Under the pieces are notes generated by a model. It was given only the letters and a program-made list of their open reading frames with translations. It was not told where the DNA came from and did not search any database. Shown here piece after piece: positions 1 through 13,110 of a stretch of 64,000 bases of DNA (position 1 is its first letter; the number at the start of each line of letters is the position of its first letter). Made by a program: the position numbers and the translations under genes. Source of the DNA: Eledone cirrhosa (lineage: Eukaryota); contig CAXHJY010000057.1 in assembly GCA_964016885.1 (NCBI GenBank), positions 33,590 through 97,589 of the forward strand. Direction: 5' to 3'.

Positions 1-180
1 TCTAGTTTTGGCACAAGGCCAGCAATTACCCCAGTGCAAGACTGGTACTTTATTTTATCGACCTCGTAAGGATGAAAGGCAAATTTAACCTCGGCGATTT
101 TGAACTCAGAACGCAAAGGGCCATAACTATGATGTAAAACATGGTGTCTGACGCTCTACCGATACTACCAAACCACCGCC
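1..180 (-). mobile_element. tRNA-derived SINE, family A
   Basis: Reverse complement reads GGCGGTGG..TGGTAGTATCGG (A-box-like) ... GAGTTCAAAATC (B-box-like) ... CCTTTCATCCTTACGAGGTCGATAAAATAAAGTACCAGT (resembles the Meta/MESC-type central domain). More than 12 related copies occur in the window. Confidence 0.85.
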
Positions 181-525
181 CTATCTGTCTATCTGTCTAT
201 ATGTATATCTATATATTTATCTATCTATCTGTGATCACAATGATAATGAAGATAAACTTAATAAATTCCCTATAATTTCCTTCCATTTTCAATTTTATTA
301 CCCTATAACTTATTTTTCTTCCAATTTTCTAACGCTTGTTTGAATCTGGTCCCTATTTCACAGATTCGATCCCTCTACCCATGACTTTCTTTAATATCTA
401 CCACAATAAATTTACATTCTGACATGTCTCTATTTAATGTGGCTTCTCTCCCTTTAATGTTTCTCCTACTTTCTCACCTCCTTCATCTCTACCTACGCCA
501 TTTTTGTTTTGTAAAATATTCTTCC

Positions 526-1312
<787 letters not shown>

Positions 1313-1660
1313 TGGCGGCTGCAAATTCGCTCTCGAGTACGGCCACTACTTTATATCCATGTAGGAGAACCCCTACCGATGCGCTGAACGAGTGTGACTT
1401 TTTAGTCCAGCCAGCGACTTGAAAACTCTGGTACAAACACTACACTTGTGACAATTATTGACACATAGTGCTGGGCCCATGGCACCATGTGACGACAAGT
1501 GTAGAGGGATCACCAGATATAAAGCAATGCCTGTGCCGTGAAGCTTTTATAGTGAGCAAAGGCACTGCACAAAGCCAGTCCCACTCTCTTAACCAAGATG
1601 ATATTTACCAAAAAGGAAAACAAGTCAACATCATTAGATACCATCAGGTATCCAATAATA
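1313..1660 (+). mobile_element. Degenerate Penelope-like element GIY-YIG endonuclease remnant
   Basis: Frames give ...[11 protein letters not shown]... and PWHHVTT...[12 protein letters not shown]...LNQDD. These resemble the PLE motifs GRTL..RL.EH, W.NV, R..REA..I and LNRD.G, with frameshifts. Confidence 0.4.
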
Positions 1661-1785
1661 TATTACATATATATATATATATATATATACATACATACAT
1701 ATATATACATACATACATACATATATATATATATATACATGCATATATACATACATATATACATACACATACATACATACATACA

Positions 1786-1820
<35 letters not shown>

Positions 1821-1846
1821 TGAAATAAATAAATAAATATATATAT

Positions 1847-1920
<74 letters not shown>

Positions 1921-2577
1921 CCTAAATATAAGTATACATACGTACACACATGTATCAGCTGTGTTAGGATGAGAAATAAAATTCTAATCATATTTTTATA
2001 TACACATATATATGGATATACTGTATATGAACACACATATGTTTCTGTGTGTGTGTGCCTGCTGTGTATGTGTGTGTGTGTATATATATATATATATACA
2101 CTGATACAAATATATATATATATATATGTATTTCATTATATCTTTCATCCTGCACTTTCACATTTTTATCTCTCAAAAAAATATTACTTTTCCTGCAGAC
2201 TTTGCTGTTTTCAGATTTCGCTTCGTCTTCATTTCGTTTCGTTTTGACTTTTATATATTTTCATATTTTCATATTTTACATCTAACACTTCTATTTCTTC
2301 TACATGACTAGATAAATGAGTAAATAGTAGCAATTATCTCTCTCAATTTCTAATGGATGCCAGTGGATTCCGATTATAATATTAAATACAACAGACTTCA
2401 TCTCATATTTTCTCTACATTATCTACATTTATTTCTCCTATCCCGCCAGCCACACTGCACCGTTCTCTCCTTCCCCCTCACTACACCCCTATCCTATATT
2501 TTTACCCTCCACATTCATCCTTTATTGTTCAGTGAGATGTGGATAGTGGTATCTACTGAGCTGTTCATTCGTACATG

Positions 2578-2615
<38 letters not shown>

Positions 2616-2659
2616 CAATATGAAACTATTTAACGTACAATAATATGTGTGCGTGTGTG

Positions 2660-2729
<70 letters not shown>

Positions 2730-2790
2730 TTTATATAACTATATACCTATATATATATACCTACCTACAACGCAACCCATATCTCTCTCT

Positions 2791-2827
<37 letters not shown>

Positions 2828-2843
2828 ATCCATCCTCTTTCCA

Positions 2844-2875
<32 letters not shown>

Positions 2876-2975
2876 ATCCCTCTCCGGCGAAGTAAATGAG
2901 ACGGAAATTTCAGACAATCTTCCCAATATTCCTTACTCTACTTTTTACTGTATCTCATCACCACAGGCATTTTAC

Positions 2976-3012
<37 letters not shown>

Positions 3013-3050
3013 TATAAGTATTAATAAAATAGATGTTCTTTTGATCAATT

Positions 3051-3107
3051 ACATTTTATTATACATATTTCGGATGTACAACAGTACGTCCTCATCAGAC
3101 AAAATAT
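3051..3107 (-). ncRNA. Minimal type-I hammerhead ribozyme (family H2), PLE-associated
   Basis: Minus strand: atattttgt CTGATGA ggacgtac-tgtt-gtacatcc GAAA tatgta TA ataaaatgt. Core intact; stem II has one mismatch; stem I is 9 bp with 2 G-U. Confidence 0.75.
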
Positions 3108-3398
3108 AATGATACATGACATACCCTGAGATGTTAAATGGTTAAGATTTAATCAAGGTAGTCTATTTTATTAATACTTATATTTTAATATTAATAACTC
3201 CTGAAAATTATTTACCGTTGAGTGCTTCCAATCTACTGTAAAACTCATTCTTTGACATAATCATTGAATATTGTTTAACAACTTAATACTTATATATATA
3301 CATATATGACCTGCCTTTTCTACAAGAAATCCTTTTTTTCTTTCCTGCCACTGGCTGTCTCCTCTATATTTCTATTTCTTCTCTTACTTCTCGTTCTA

Positions 3399-3434
3399 TA
3401 CTCTGATGAAAGACTAGCAACCGAAACGTCGAGA
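3399..3434 (+). ncRNA. Degenerate hammerhead ribozyme motif (PLE-type)
   Basis: ctCTGATGAaagactagcaaccGAAACGTCgag. Core boxes present but stems I and II are largely eroded. Confidence 0.45.
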
Positions 3435-3499
3435 CTGTTTTCCTACTATATCAAGCGTAATTTTATTTTCCATTCTACTGGGTCAATACCAATACAAAC

Positions 3500-3945
3500 A
3501 GCAACCACCTACAACACCACCACTAACAGCATCAACAATACCATCACTCCCACCAACACCACCCCACCAGCAACAGCAGCTACAACATCACCACCAAGAA
3601 CATCAATAACACTACTCCTACCATCATCAACACCACCAACACCAACAACAACAACAACAACAACACCACCACCAACATCAATAACACCACGACTTCTACC
3701 ATCAGCACCACCAACACGACCAACAACACCCACATCACCAACACCAACAGCAACATCAATAACACCATCACTCCTACCAACACCAACATGTCCAACACCA
3801 TCACCACCACCAACTGCAGCAGCAATTACACCACCACCATCATCGTAACTCCCTCCACACACCACCACCACCACCACCAGCCCCACCACCACCACCAACA
3901 CCGCCGCCACCACCACCACCACCACCACCACCAACAATAACGTGA
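3500..3945. repeat. (ACC/AAC)n-rich low-complexity tract
   Basis: Direct reading. Confidence 0.9.
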
Positions 3946-4067
3946 CTCCATTATCTTCCACAAGTCCCAGTTCCCTAAATTAACCCCCGTCTATGAAGTC
4001 CTATACGGACGTTGTTTGGGCAATTGTAACTGACGTTGTAATAACTGGTGTAAAGTTGTCCATTCTA

Positions 4068-4810
4068 CTCCACACCACACCACACTACACTACACCACAC
4101 AACACTACACCACACAACACTACACCACACCACACAACACTACACCACACCACACCACACAACACTACACCACACAACACTACACCACACAACACTACAC
4201 CACACAACACTACACCACACAACACTACACCACACCACACAACACTACACCACACCACACAACACCACACAACACTACACAACACTACACCACACCACAC
4301 AACACTACACCACACCACACTACACCACATCATACCACACCACACTACACCACACCACACCACACACCACACAACACTACACCACACAACACAACACCAC
4401 ACAACACTACACCACACTACACAACACCACACAACACTACTCCACACTACTCCACACAACACTACTCCACACTACACTACTCCACACAACACAACACTAC
4501 ACCACACAACACCACACCACACTACACCACACCACACCACACCACACCACATATCACCACACTACACTACACCACACCACACCACGCCACCACACATCAC
4601 CCCACTACACCACACATCACCCCACTACACCACACTACACCACACATCACTCCACTACACCACACCACACCACTACACCACACCACATATCACCAGACCA
4701 CACTACACCACACCATACCACGCCACCACACATTACACCACACTATACATCACCACACCACACCACACATCACCACACAACACTAGACCATACCACCCAC
4801 ACCACCCCCA
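4068..4810. repeat. 5-mer (CACAC/CTACA) satellite-like tract
   Basis: Direct reading; gives the HHTT/NTTP pseudo-ORF. Confidence 0.9.
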
Positions 4811-5199
4811 GCTAATAGAATTATAGAGCGAGGGGAGAAGATCTACCTCCCTCCTCTCCCAACCATTCCTCTCTCTCTCCCAATATCAATTGTTTGAGGT
4901 GTGGGGGGTGTTTGGGAGAGGGTGAGGATATGTATGTGTGTGGGTCGATTGTCTAGGGGGATATGTATGTATGTGGGTCGATTGTCTAGGGGGATATATA
5001 TATGCTTACGAGGACTTGAGCAGACGGAGTGTGTATATGTGTGTGTCTATATGTGTGTGTGTGTGTATGTGTAGGAAGGGTGGGGTGGCGTGGGGTGGGG
5101 TGTAGGTAGGGTGGGCGGTGCATAGGGGAGGGTGATATATTCTTATTGATTTTGTAAGCAAGGCGACGTCGATCAGATGGAATGTAAAACACCCTTGGC

Positions 5200-5610
5200 A
5201 TAAACACAACGTAAACCTCGCCGAACGTAACGTAATATCGTGTGATGTAAAATGGTCAAACGTAACGTTGTGCAAACATGGCGAAACGTTAACATAGTCG
5301 AACGTAACGTAATGGCATGTGATGTAAAATGGCCGAAAGTAACGTAAAGTTATGCAAAACGTGGCGAAACATTAACCTAACCGAACTTAATTTAACCTCA
5401 TGTATTGTAAAACGGCCTAACTAACGTAACGCAACGTTAAGCAAACATGGCCAAACGTTAATAAAGACGAACGTAGCGCAACGTAGCGTAACGTAACGTA
5501 ATTTAATGTAACGTTATGTGAAAATGGCCGAATGTAACGTAACAAAACAAGGGTAACATGGGCGAACGTGATGTAACGTTACATATACATAGACGTAGCT
5601 AACGTAACGT
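5200..5610. repeat. Degenerate ~80-bp minisatellite built on AACGT/(A)AAATGGC
   Basis: gtgatgtaaaatgg-like anchors at ~5242, ~5319, ~5402 and ~5517; many aacgt 5-mers. Confidence 0.75.
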
Positions 5611-5619
5611 ATGAGCCTA

Positions 5620-6180
5620 CTTATACTGTTACTACTACTACTGGTACTAATACATGTTTGTACATCATCATGGTGGTGTTCGTGGTTACTACTACTACTG
5701 TTACTACTACTACTGTTACTACTACCACTACTACATAAATTGTAGTGGTAGTGGTGGTTAATACTACTACCACTACTACTACATGTATGGAAATCGCCAT
5801 AGTGGTGTTTACTGTTACTACTACCACTATTACTACACGAGTTGTAGTGGTATTGGTGGTTAATACTACTACTACTACTACTACTACATGTATTGACATC
5901 GCCATGGTGGTGTTTACTGTTACTACTACCACTACTACTACATGTATTGACATCGCCATGGTGGTGTTTACTGTTACTACTACCACTACTACTACTACAT
6001 GTATTGACATCGCCATGGTGGTGTTTACTGTTACTACTACCACTACTATTACATGAGTTGTAGTGGTAGTGGTGGTTAATACTGCTGCCACTACTACTAC
6101 CACTACTACCAACACCACTAGATGTTTTGTCGCCATCATGGTGGTGGTAGGGGTTACTACTTGACCAATACATGGTAGCA
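5620..6180. repeat. (ACT)n-based minisatellite with ~57-60 bp unit
   Basis: acatgtattgacatcgccatggtggtgtttactgtt recurs three times, plus diverged copies. Confidence 0.85.
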
Positions 6181-6189
6181 AGGATTGTT

Positions 6190-6413
6190 ATAGAAGAAGA
6201 AGAAGAAGAAAAAGAAAAAGAAAAAGTAAAGGGGAAAAAAAGTAAAGGGGAAAAAGAAGTAAAGGGGAAAAAGAAGAAAAAGGAAAAAAAGAAAGAGACA
6301 AAAGAAGAAGAAGGATAAGAAGGAAACAAAAGAAGAAGAAGGATAAGAAGGAAACAAAAGAAATGGAGAAGAAAGTGTAAGTATAGGACAACCTAATGCC
6401 CCCATTAATACAT

Positions 6414-6468
<55 letters not shown>

Positions 6469-7340
6469 AAGATGCATACACACACACACACTCTCCTTCT
6501 ATGGTTGATTCAATAAACTGGTAGACAATATATGAAATGGACAAGGCGACAAATTCAACACAATGTCTTTATTACATTGGTTCAATGGGGACAATGGACA
6601 GAGATAGAGGGGTGAGAGATTGGACAGAGAGAGAGGAGAGGGGAATAGGATGGATAGAGAGAGAGAGAGAGAGAGAGGAGAGGGGAATAGGATGGATAGA
6701 GAGAGAGAGAGAGAAGAGGATGGAAAGAGAGAGAGAGAGAAAGAAGAGGATGGAGATGGAAAGAGAGAGAGAGAGAGAGAGAGGGGAGGATGGAGAGAGA
6801 GAGAGAAGAGGATGTGGAGAGAGAGAGAGAGAGAGAGAGAGAACCGAGAAGAGGATGGAGAGAGAGAGAGGGGAGAGAGAACCGTGGAGAGAGAAACCGA
6901 TAAAGAAAAGGATGGAGAGAGAGAGAGAGTTGAATGCACTGAACACAGAAAAAAAAGATAGGGAGAAATAAAGAAAGAGGGCAATGGACAAAGAGGAGTG
7001 AGAGTGTGAGAGAGAGAGTGAGAGTGTGAGAGAGAGAGAGAGAGAGTGAGAGAGAGAGAGAGAGTGAGAGAGATAAAGTGACAGAGAGAGAGAGTGAAAG
7101 AGAGAGTGAAAGAGAGAGTGAGAAATAATTGGAGGAGAGGATAGAAAAGATGGGAATGTCTTTTGTTGGCAGAAATCGAATAAGAAAGTTATGTTGGGAA
7201 GAATGTGGTGGTGGTGGTGTTGGTGGAGTGGTGGAGTGGTGTTGTGGTGGTGGTGGAGTGGTGGTGGTGGAGGTGTTGTGGTGGTGGTGTTGATGTAGTG
7301 GTGGTGGAGTGGTGGTGGGGATGCTGATGATGAAGGAGGT
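6190..7340. repeat. GA-rich and GGT-rich low-complexity tracts
   Basis: Direct reading. Confidence 0.85.
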
Positions 7341-7452
7341 GGTGATATTGCGTGTGTTTAGATTCCCGAGTTGTGTTAAGCGATAACCACAGTTAAAAAG
7401 GGTACTCAATACATTGGTAAAACATAGGCGTCTTTATCTTTATATATATATA

Positions 7453-7496
<44 letters not shown>

Positions 7497-7629
7497 CGAG
7501 AGAGCGAGAGAGATGACTTCTACAGGACTAGAACTGTTTCATTCGTATCAAATCAGCAGGAATTCCGTGATGATTTTATACCAATGAAGGACATTTCGAA
7601 ATATATATATATATCGGAAAAGATCAAAG

Positions 7630-7900
7630 TTTTAGCTTCTGTGAGATACATAATCAAACAACCAGCTGGTGCCGAGGATATGTGAGTATTTACCAGGCGA
7701 GAATTTATGAGAGTTGGTAATATACGAGATTGGATCTGACAAACATATCAATGACAGCAATAAAGATCTCGTGTCAACGAAAATTCGTTTCAAATATTCC
7801 CAAACAAACAAGAGTTGTGTAACAGAGTTTATCTCATGACGGAATCTTCTAAGAAATTCAGTGTAATAGATATGTGGCAATACCAACAACATAAACACTT
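7630..7900 (-). mobile_element. Possible degenerate Tc1/mariner transposase remnant
   Basis: Translation RRFRHEINSVTQLLFVWEYLKRIF loosely matches the Tc1-family motif PRSPDLNPLDFFVWGYLK. Confidence 0.3.
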
Positions 7901-7901
7901 G

Positions 7902-7954
<53 letters not shown>

Positions 7955-7961
7955 ATGGTAA

Positions 7962-8147
7962 TAATTGTTTCTACTTTTTGGCACAAGGCCAGCAATTAGC
8001 CCAGTGCATTACTGGTACTTTATTTTATCGACCTTGTAAGGATGAAAGGCAAAGTTAACCTCGGCGAGATTTTGAACTCGGAATGGCAAGGGCGGTAACT
8101 CTATGCGTCAAAGCATGGCGTCCGACCCTCTACCGACACTGCCAATC
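7962..8147 (-). mobile_element. SINE family A
   Basis: Near full-length reverse-complement copy. Confidence 0.9.
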
Positions 8148-8189
8148 GATTAAGCAAAGGATCGCTGCTTTCACCCATATTTCTCATTT

Positions 8190-8371
8190 ATGGCAGTATT
8201 GGTAGAGGGTCGGACGCCATGCTTTGACGCATAGAGTTACGGCCCTTGCCATTCTGAGTTCAAATCCCGCCGAGGTTAACTTTGCCGTTCATCCTTACGG
8301 GGTCGATAAAATAAAGTACCAGTAATACACTGGATAATTGCTGGCCTTGTGCCTAACGTAGAAACAATTAT

Positions 8372-8372
<1 letters not shown>
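8190..8372 (+). mobile_element. SINE family A
   Basis: TGGCAGTATTGG...GAGTTCAAATCC...tail gtagaaacaattatta. Confidence 0.9.
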
Positions 8373-8415
<43 letters not shown>

Positions 8416-8790
8416 ATAAGAAATGAGAAATAAGGGTGAAAGCAGCGATCCTTTGCTTAAACTTTAAACTGTTCTATGTATGTATGTATGTATGTATGTA
8501 TGTATGTATGTATGTATGTATGTATGTGTGAGTGTGAGTGTGTGAGTGTGAGTGTGTGTGTGTGTGTTGATCCCGGGTTCAATCTGGGGCAACCACGGTA
8601 AGGTACTCAATACAGTAAGGTACTCAGTTCTAGCACCGTAGAAGCCATTTGTTTATCGTCATGTTTATTTTTATTTTTATTTTTTTTTTTAATTTGTACC
8701 CCTTCTACCGTTTGTCATCTCACCCTTTCTTTCTAAATGTCTCTCCTCCACTCCCCTACACACCCTCGGAACTCTCTTCCCCCACACTTT

Positions 8791-8826
8791 TCGCCTGAAG
8801 AAGGGCTTATGCCCGAAACATCGCCC
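8791..8826 (+). ncRNA. Minimal hammerhead ribozyme motif (PLE-type, partly degenerate)
   Basis: gc CTGAAGA a gggc-ttat-gccc GAAA ca TC gc. Perfect 4-bp stem II, 2-bp stem I. The downstream ctctcaag..cgtgaaacta..gtactgcctctct block recurs at ~10012-10075. Confidence 0.55.
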
Positions 8827-9001
8827 CCCCCTCTCAAGAGCGTGAAACTAATAAACCTTTGTTCGTACTGCCTCTCTGTTTTGTTCCCGTTCCATTTTTC
8901 ACTATATATATATATATATATATATAGTTATAACTATTAAGCTCTGTTACCTACATAGAGCACTCTTTTTTCCTGGACTTTTCCGACGGAATTACTTCAT
9001 T

Positions 9002-9040
<39 letters not shown>

Positions 9041-9358
9041 CATCGCGATTAGTTAACGGAGCCATAGACTCTCGTTATTCCCTGTCAATAATGTGCTCCA
9101 AGGAGAAGGAATCCTGAGCTCTTTAAAATACAATATGTTAAAAAGGTAACGCACTAGAGAGAGATAGTGCGCCATCAATAAAAGAGGGAGAAACCACCAG
9201 TGTATGGAATCTATAACGTATGATGTCGCACTATTTCTCTCTAGTGTGTTACGGGGTCCTGACTCTTTATATATATATATAACGGTTTATAGAATATTTT
9301 CAAATTATTTATTAACATTCCATACTGGTTTAAGTACATACATACACACACACATATC

Positions 9359-9416
<58 letters not shown>

Positions 9417-9522
9417 AAATATATATATGTATTTTTTTTTTTTTTTTTGGTATTTTGTCAAATAAGAGTTAAATAAAATGAGGATTTAAAACTTTAAAAA
9501 AGAAATTAACTCAAATATACGA

Positions 9523-9567
<45 letters not shown>

Positions 9568-9667
9568 ATATATATGCACACATACATACACATATGTATA
9601 ATCATGATTCGCTTACCGCATAATTCTCTCTTTCTTTTTTCCTATTCTTTCAAATCAAAAGCCAGAC

Positions 9668-9700
9668 ACTTACCTGAAATAAAACAATAAAGAAATTCAA
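9668..9700 (-). promoter_or_regulatory. Candidate recursive splice site (ratchet point, AG|GTAAGT)
   Basis: Minus strand: gaatttctttattgttttatttcAG|GTAAGTgtc. A polypyrimidine tract and 3' splice site directly abut a consensus 5' splice site; junction at 9674/9673. Confidence 0.6.
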
Positions 9701-9734
9701 TGATTATAACAATGAAAAGATTGGGAAAAAACAA

Positions 9735-9990
9735 CTTATACATATATGGAGAAGTTTAGTTATATACGACTATATACACATCTTATATATACCTATATAG
9801 AGAAGTTTAGTTTTATAGGACTATATACACAACTTATATATACATATATGGAGAAGTTTAGTTATACACGACTATATACACATCTTATATATACCTATAT
9901 AGAGAAGTTTAGTTTTATAGGACTATATACACAACTTATATATACATATATAGAGAAGTTTAGTTATATAGGACTATATACACAACATAT
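9735..9990. repeat. 51-bp minisatellite (5 units, alternating 102-bp dimer)
   Basis: gagaagtttag at 9749, 9800, 9851, 9902 and 9953. Confidence 0.9.
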
Positions 9991-10213
9991 ACATACATAC
10001 ACATACACCCACTCTCAAGCGTGAAACTAAAAACCATATTTGTACTGCCTCTCTATTTGTTGTTCTCTGTTCATTTATAAAACTATATATATATATATAT
10101 ACATATATAGAGAACTTTAGTTATACACGAATATATACATATGTACAGAGCTTTAGATATATATATGAACATACGCATACATACACACACATATATATAC
10201 ACACAATTATATG

Positions 10214-10262
<49 letters not shown>

Positions 10263-10342
10263 AGAGAGAGAGAGAGAGAACTTTAGTTATGTACGAATAT
10301 ATACATATGTACAGAGCTTTAGATATATACGAACATATACAT

Positions 10343-10397
<55 letters not shown>

Positions 10398-10444
10398 TGT
10401 ATACATATACAAGAAAGAAGATTAACTAGGATTAATATATATAT

Positions 10445-10608
10445 AGGGTCGGACGCCATGCTTTCCAGCATAGTTACGTCCCTTTTCGATCTGAGTTCAA
10501 ATCCCGCTGAGGTTGACTTTGCCTTTCATCCTTGCGGGGTCGATAAAATAAAGTACCAGTAATGCACTGGGTAATTGCTGGCCTTGTGCCAAAGGTAGAA
10601 ACAATTAA
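10445..10608 (+). mobile_element. SINE family A (5' truncated)
   Basis: B box, central domain and tail present. Confidence 0.85.
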
Positions 10609-10669
10609 TATATATATATAAACGTACGTATACATAACTTTGTATATACGTATGTGTGTATGAGTGTGC

Positions 10670-10735
<66 letters not shown>

Positions 10736-10936
10736 GTGAGAGTATGTGTGAGCACCATATTTCAAACACATATTGAAATAAACGAATACAGGTAAGCACA
10801 CACACACACACATACAGACACACTACACATAATATTACACACACACACATACACTCACACACATCACATAGAATATCACACAGAAATAGACACACATGCA
10901 CACACTCACACACACATACAGACACCACATAGAATA

Positions 10937-10997
<61 letters not shown>

Positions 10998-11728
10998 CAA
11001 CAGAAGAAACACGGATAAAAATCTTGTTGAACTTTCCGCCATTTTCTCCTTAATATTGTCACTCCTCTCACCTTCGAATTTAATCTCTCTTACTCTCCCC
11101 CACCCATCTACCATCTCCACCACTCAGCCACCACCCAGGCCACACCATCACCACCACCCAAGCCTCACAATCACCCCCCCCCCCCCACCACCCAGCCACC
11201 TCTTCAACAAGAGGAAGTGACATTCCACGATTTTAATTATTGTCGCTGTCAACCTCTATATGTAACCTCCACTCAGCCACCACCTATCTTTCACCCCCAA
11301 ACACACACACACACACACACACACAGGCAGACAGACAGATATAGACACATATATATATATATATACACACACACACATATACATACCCACAGGCAGACAG
11401 ACATACGCACAGAGAGAGAGAGAGACACACACACACACACAACCATACACACAGAAACACACACAAAAATAGTGAAACACACACACACAGCCACACACAG
11501 AAACACACACACACACGGCCACACACACAAATAGTGAGGCACACACAGAAACACACACACCTACACACGCCCTTGCACCGGAAGTTGAAAGGTCAATAAT
11601 TGCTTATAGTTCTTATCAAAGATTTGAAAGGATTTTGCTTTGTTTCTAGTTATTGTTGTTGTTGTTGTTGTACATGTGCAACAAATATTACAATACAAGT
11701 TAGTCATTAAGTGACGTTATGCATGACT

Positions 11729-11791
<63 letters not shown>

Positions 11792-11876
11792 ATATGTCTG
11801 TGTGTGTGTGTGTGTGTGTGTGTCAGTATGTATGTATATATATATATATATATATCTGTGTATGTGTGTGTGCATG

Positions 11877-11932
<56 letters not shown>

Positions 11933-12018
11933 AGTATGTATGTATATATATATATATGTGTGTGTATGTGTGTGTGTTTGCATGTATATATATATATGTG
12001 TGTGTGTGTGTCAGTATG

Positions 12019-12067
<49 letters not shown>

Positions 12068-12122
12068 CAGTATGTATGTATATATATATATATATATGTG
12101 TGTGTATGTGTGTGTGTGCATG

Positions 12123-12156
<34 letters not shown>

Positions 12157-12249
12157 CATGTATGTCTGTATATATGTATATATATGTATGTGTGTATGTA
12201 TGTGTAAATGTACATCAATGTGTGTGCGTATGTTGGTATATGTATATTT

Positions 12250-12290
<41 letters not shown>

Positions 12291-12381
12291 TATATACATA
12301 CATATGTATATATATGTATTTATGTCTGCATATATACCTTTCTGCAATGCTTGTCAGTATGTGCACCTGACTGCCTGTCTC

Positions 12382-12422
<41 letters not shown>

Positions 12423-12505
12423 TTGTCTGTCTGTCTGTCTCTTTGTCTGTCTGTCTCTTTGTCTGTCTGTCTCTTTGTCTGTCTGTCTCTTTGTCTGTCT
12501 GTCTC

Positions 12506-12538
<33 letters not shown>

Positions 12539-12620
12539 TTGTCTGTCTGTCTGTCTCTTTGTCTCTATCCATGAACCGAAGTATTGCCCTTCCTTCATTT
12601 GAATAAAACTGTTGAGAACC

Positions 12621-12638
12621 TAGCGCCACCTACAGTGA
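12621..12638. promoter_or_regulatory. CTCF-like motif
   Basis: TAGCGCCACCTACAGTGA resembles the CTCF core GCGCCACCTAGTGG and lies in a unique-sequence island. Confidence 0.4.
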
Positions 12639-12687
12639 CTTATTTGTCATTTCGTACACAATAGATGTCGTTATTGTCGTCGTCATT

Positions 12688-13110
12688 AGAGTTACGGCCC
12701 ATGCTATTCCGAGTTCAAATCCCGCCGAGGTTAACTTTGCCTTTCATCCTTACGGGGGTCGATAAAATAAAGTACCAGTAATACACTGGGTTAATTGCTG
12801 GCCTTGTTCCAAAAGTAGAAACAATAATAATAATAATAATAATAATAATAATTATTATTATTATTATTATCCTCATTATTATTATTATGGCGGTGGATTG
12901 GCAGTATCGGTAGAGAGTCGGACGCCATGCTTTCCTGCATAGTTACGTCCCTTTACGATCTGAGTTCAAATCCCGCCGAGGTTGACTTTGCCTTTCATCC
13001 TTACGGGGTCGTTGAAATAAAGTACCAGTAATGCACTGGGTAATTGCTGGCCTTGTGCCTAAAGTAGAAACAATTATTATTATTATGGCGATGGATTGGC
13101 AGAATATTTA
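12688..13110 (+). mobile_element. Tandem SINE family A copies (partial 12688-12825, full 12889-13080, head at ~13087)
   Basis: Copies are separated by (AAT)/(ATT)n tracts. Confidence 0.9.

Noticed and set aside
5178-5200. TGGAATGTAAA resembling the start of miR-1
   Set aside because: The match ends after 11 nt and no precursor hairpin is evident.
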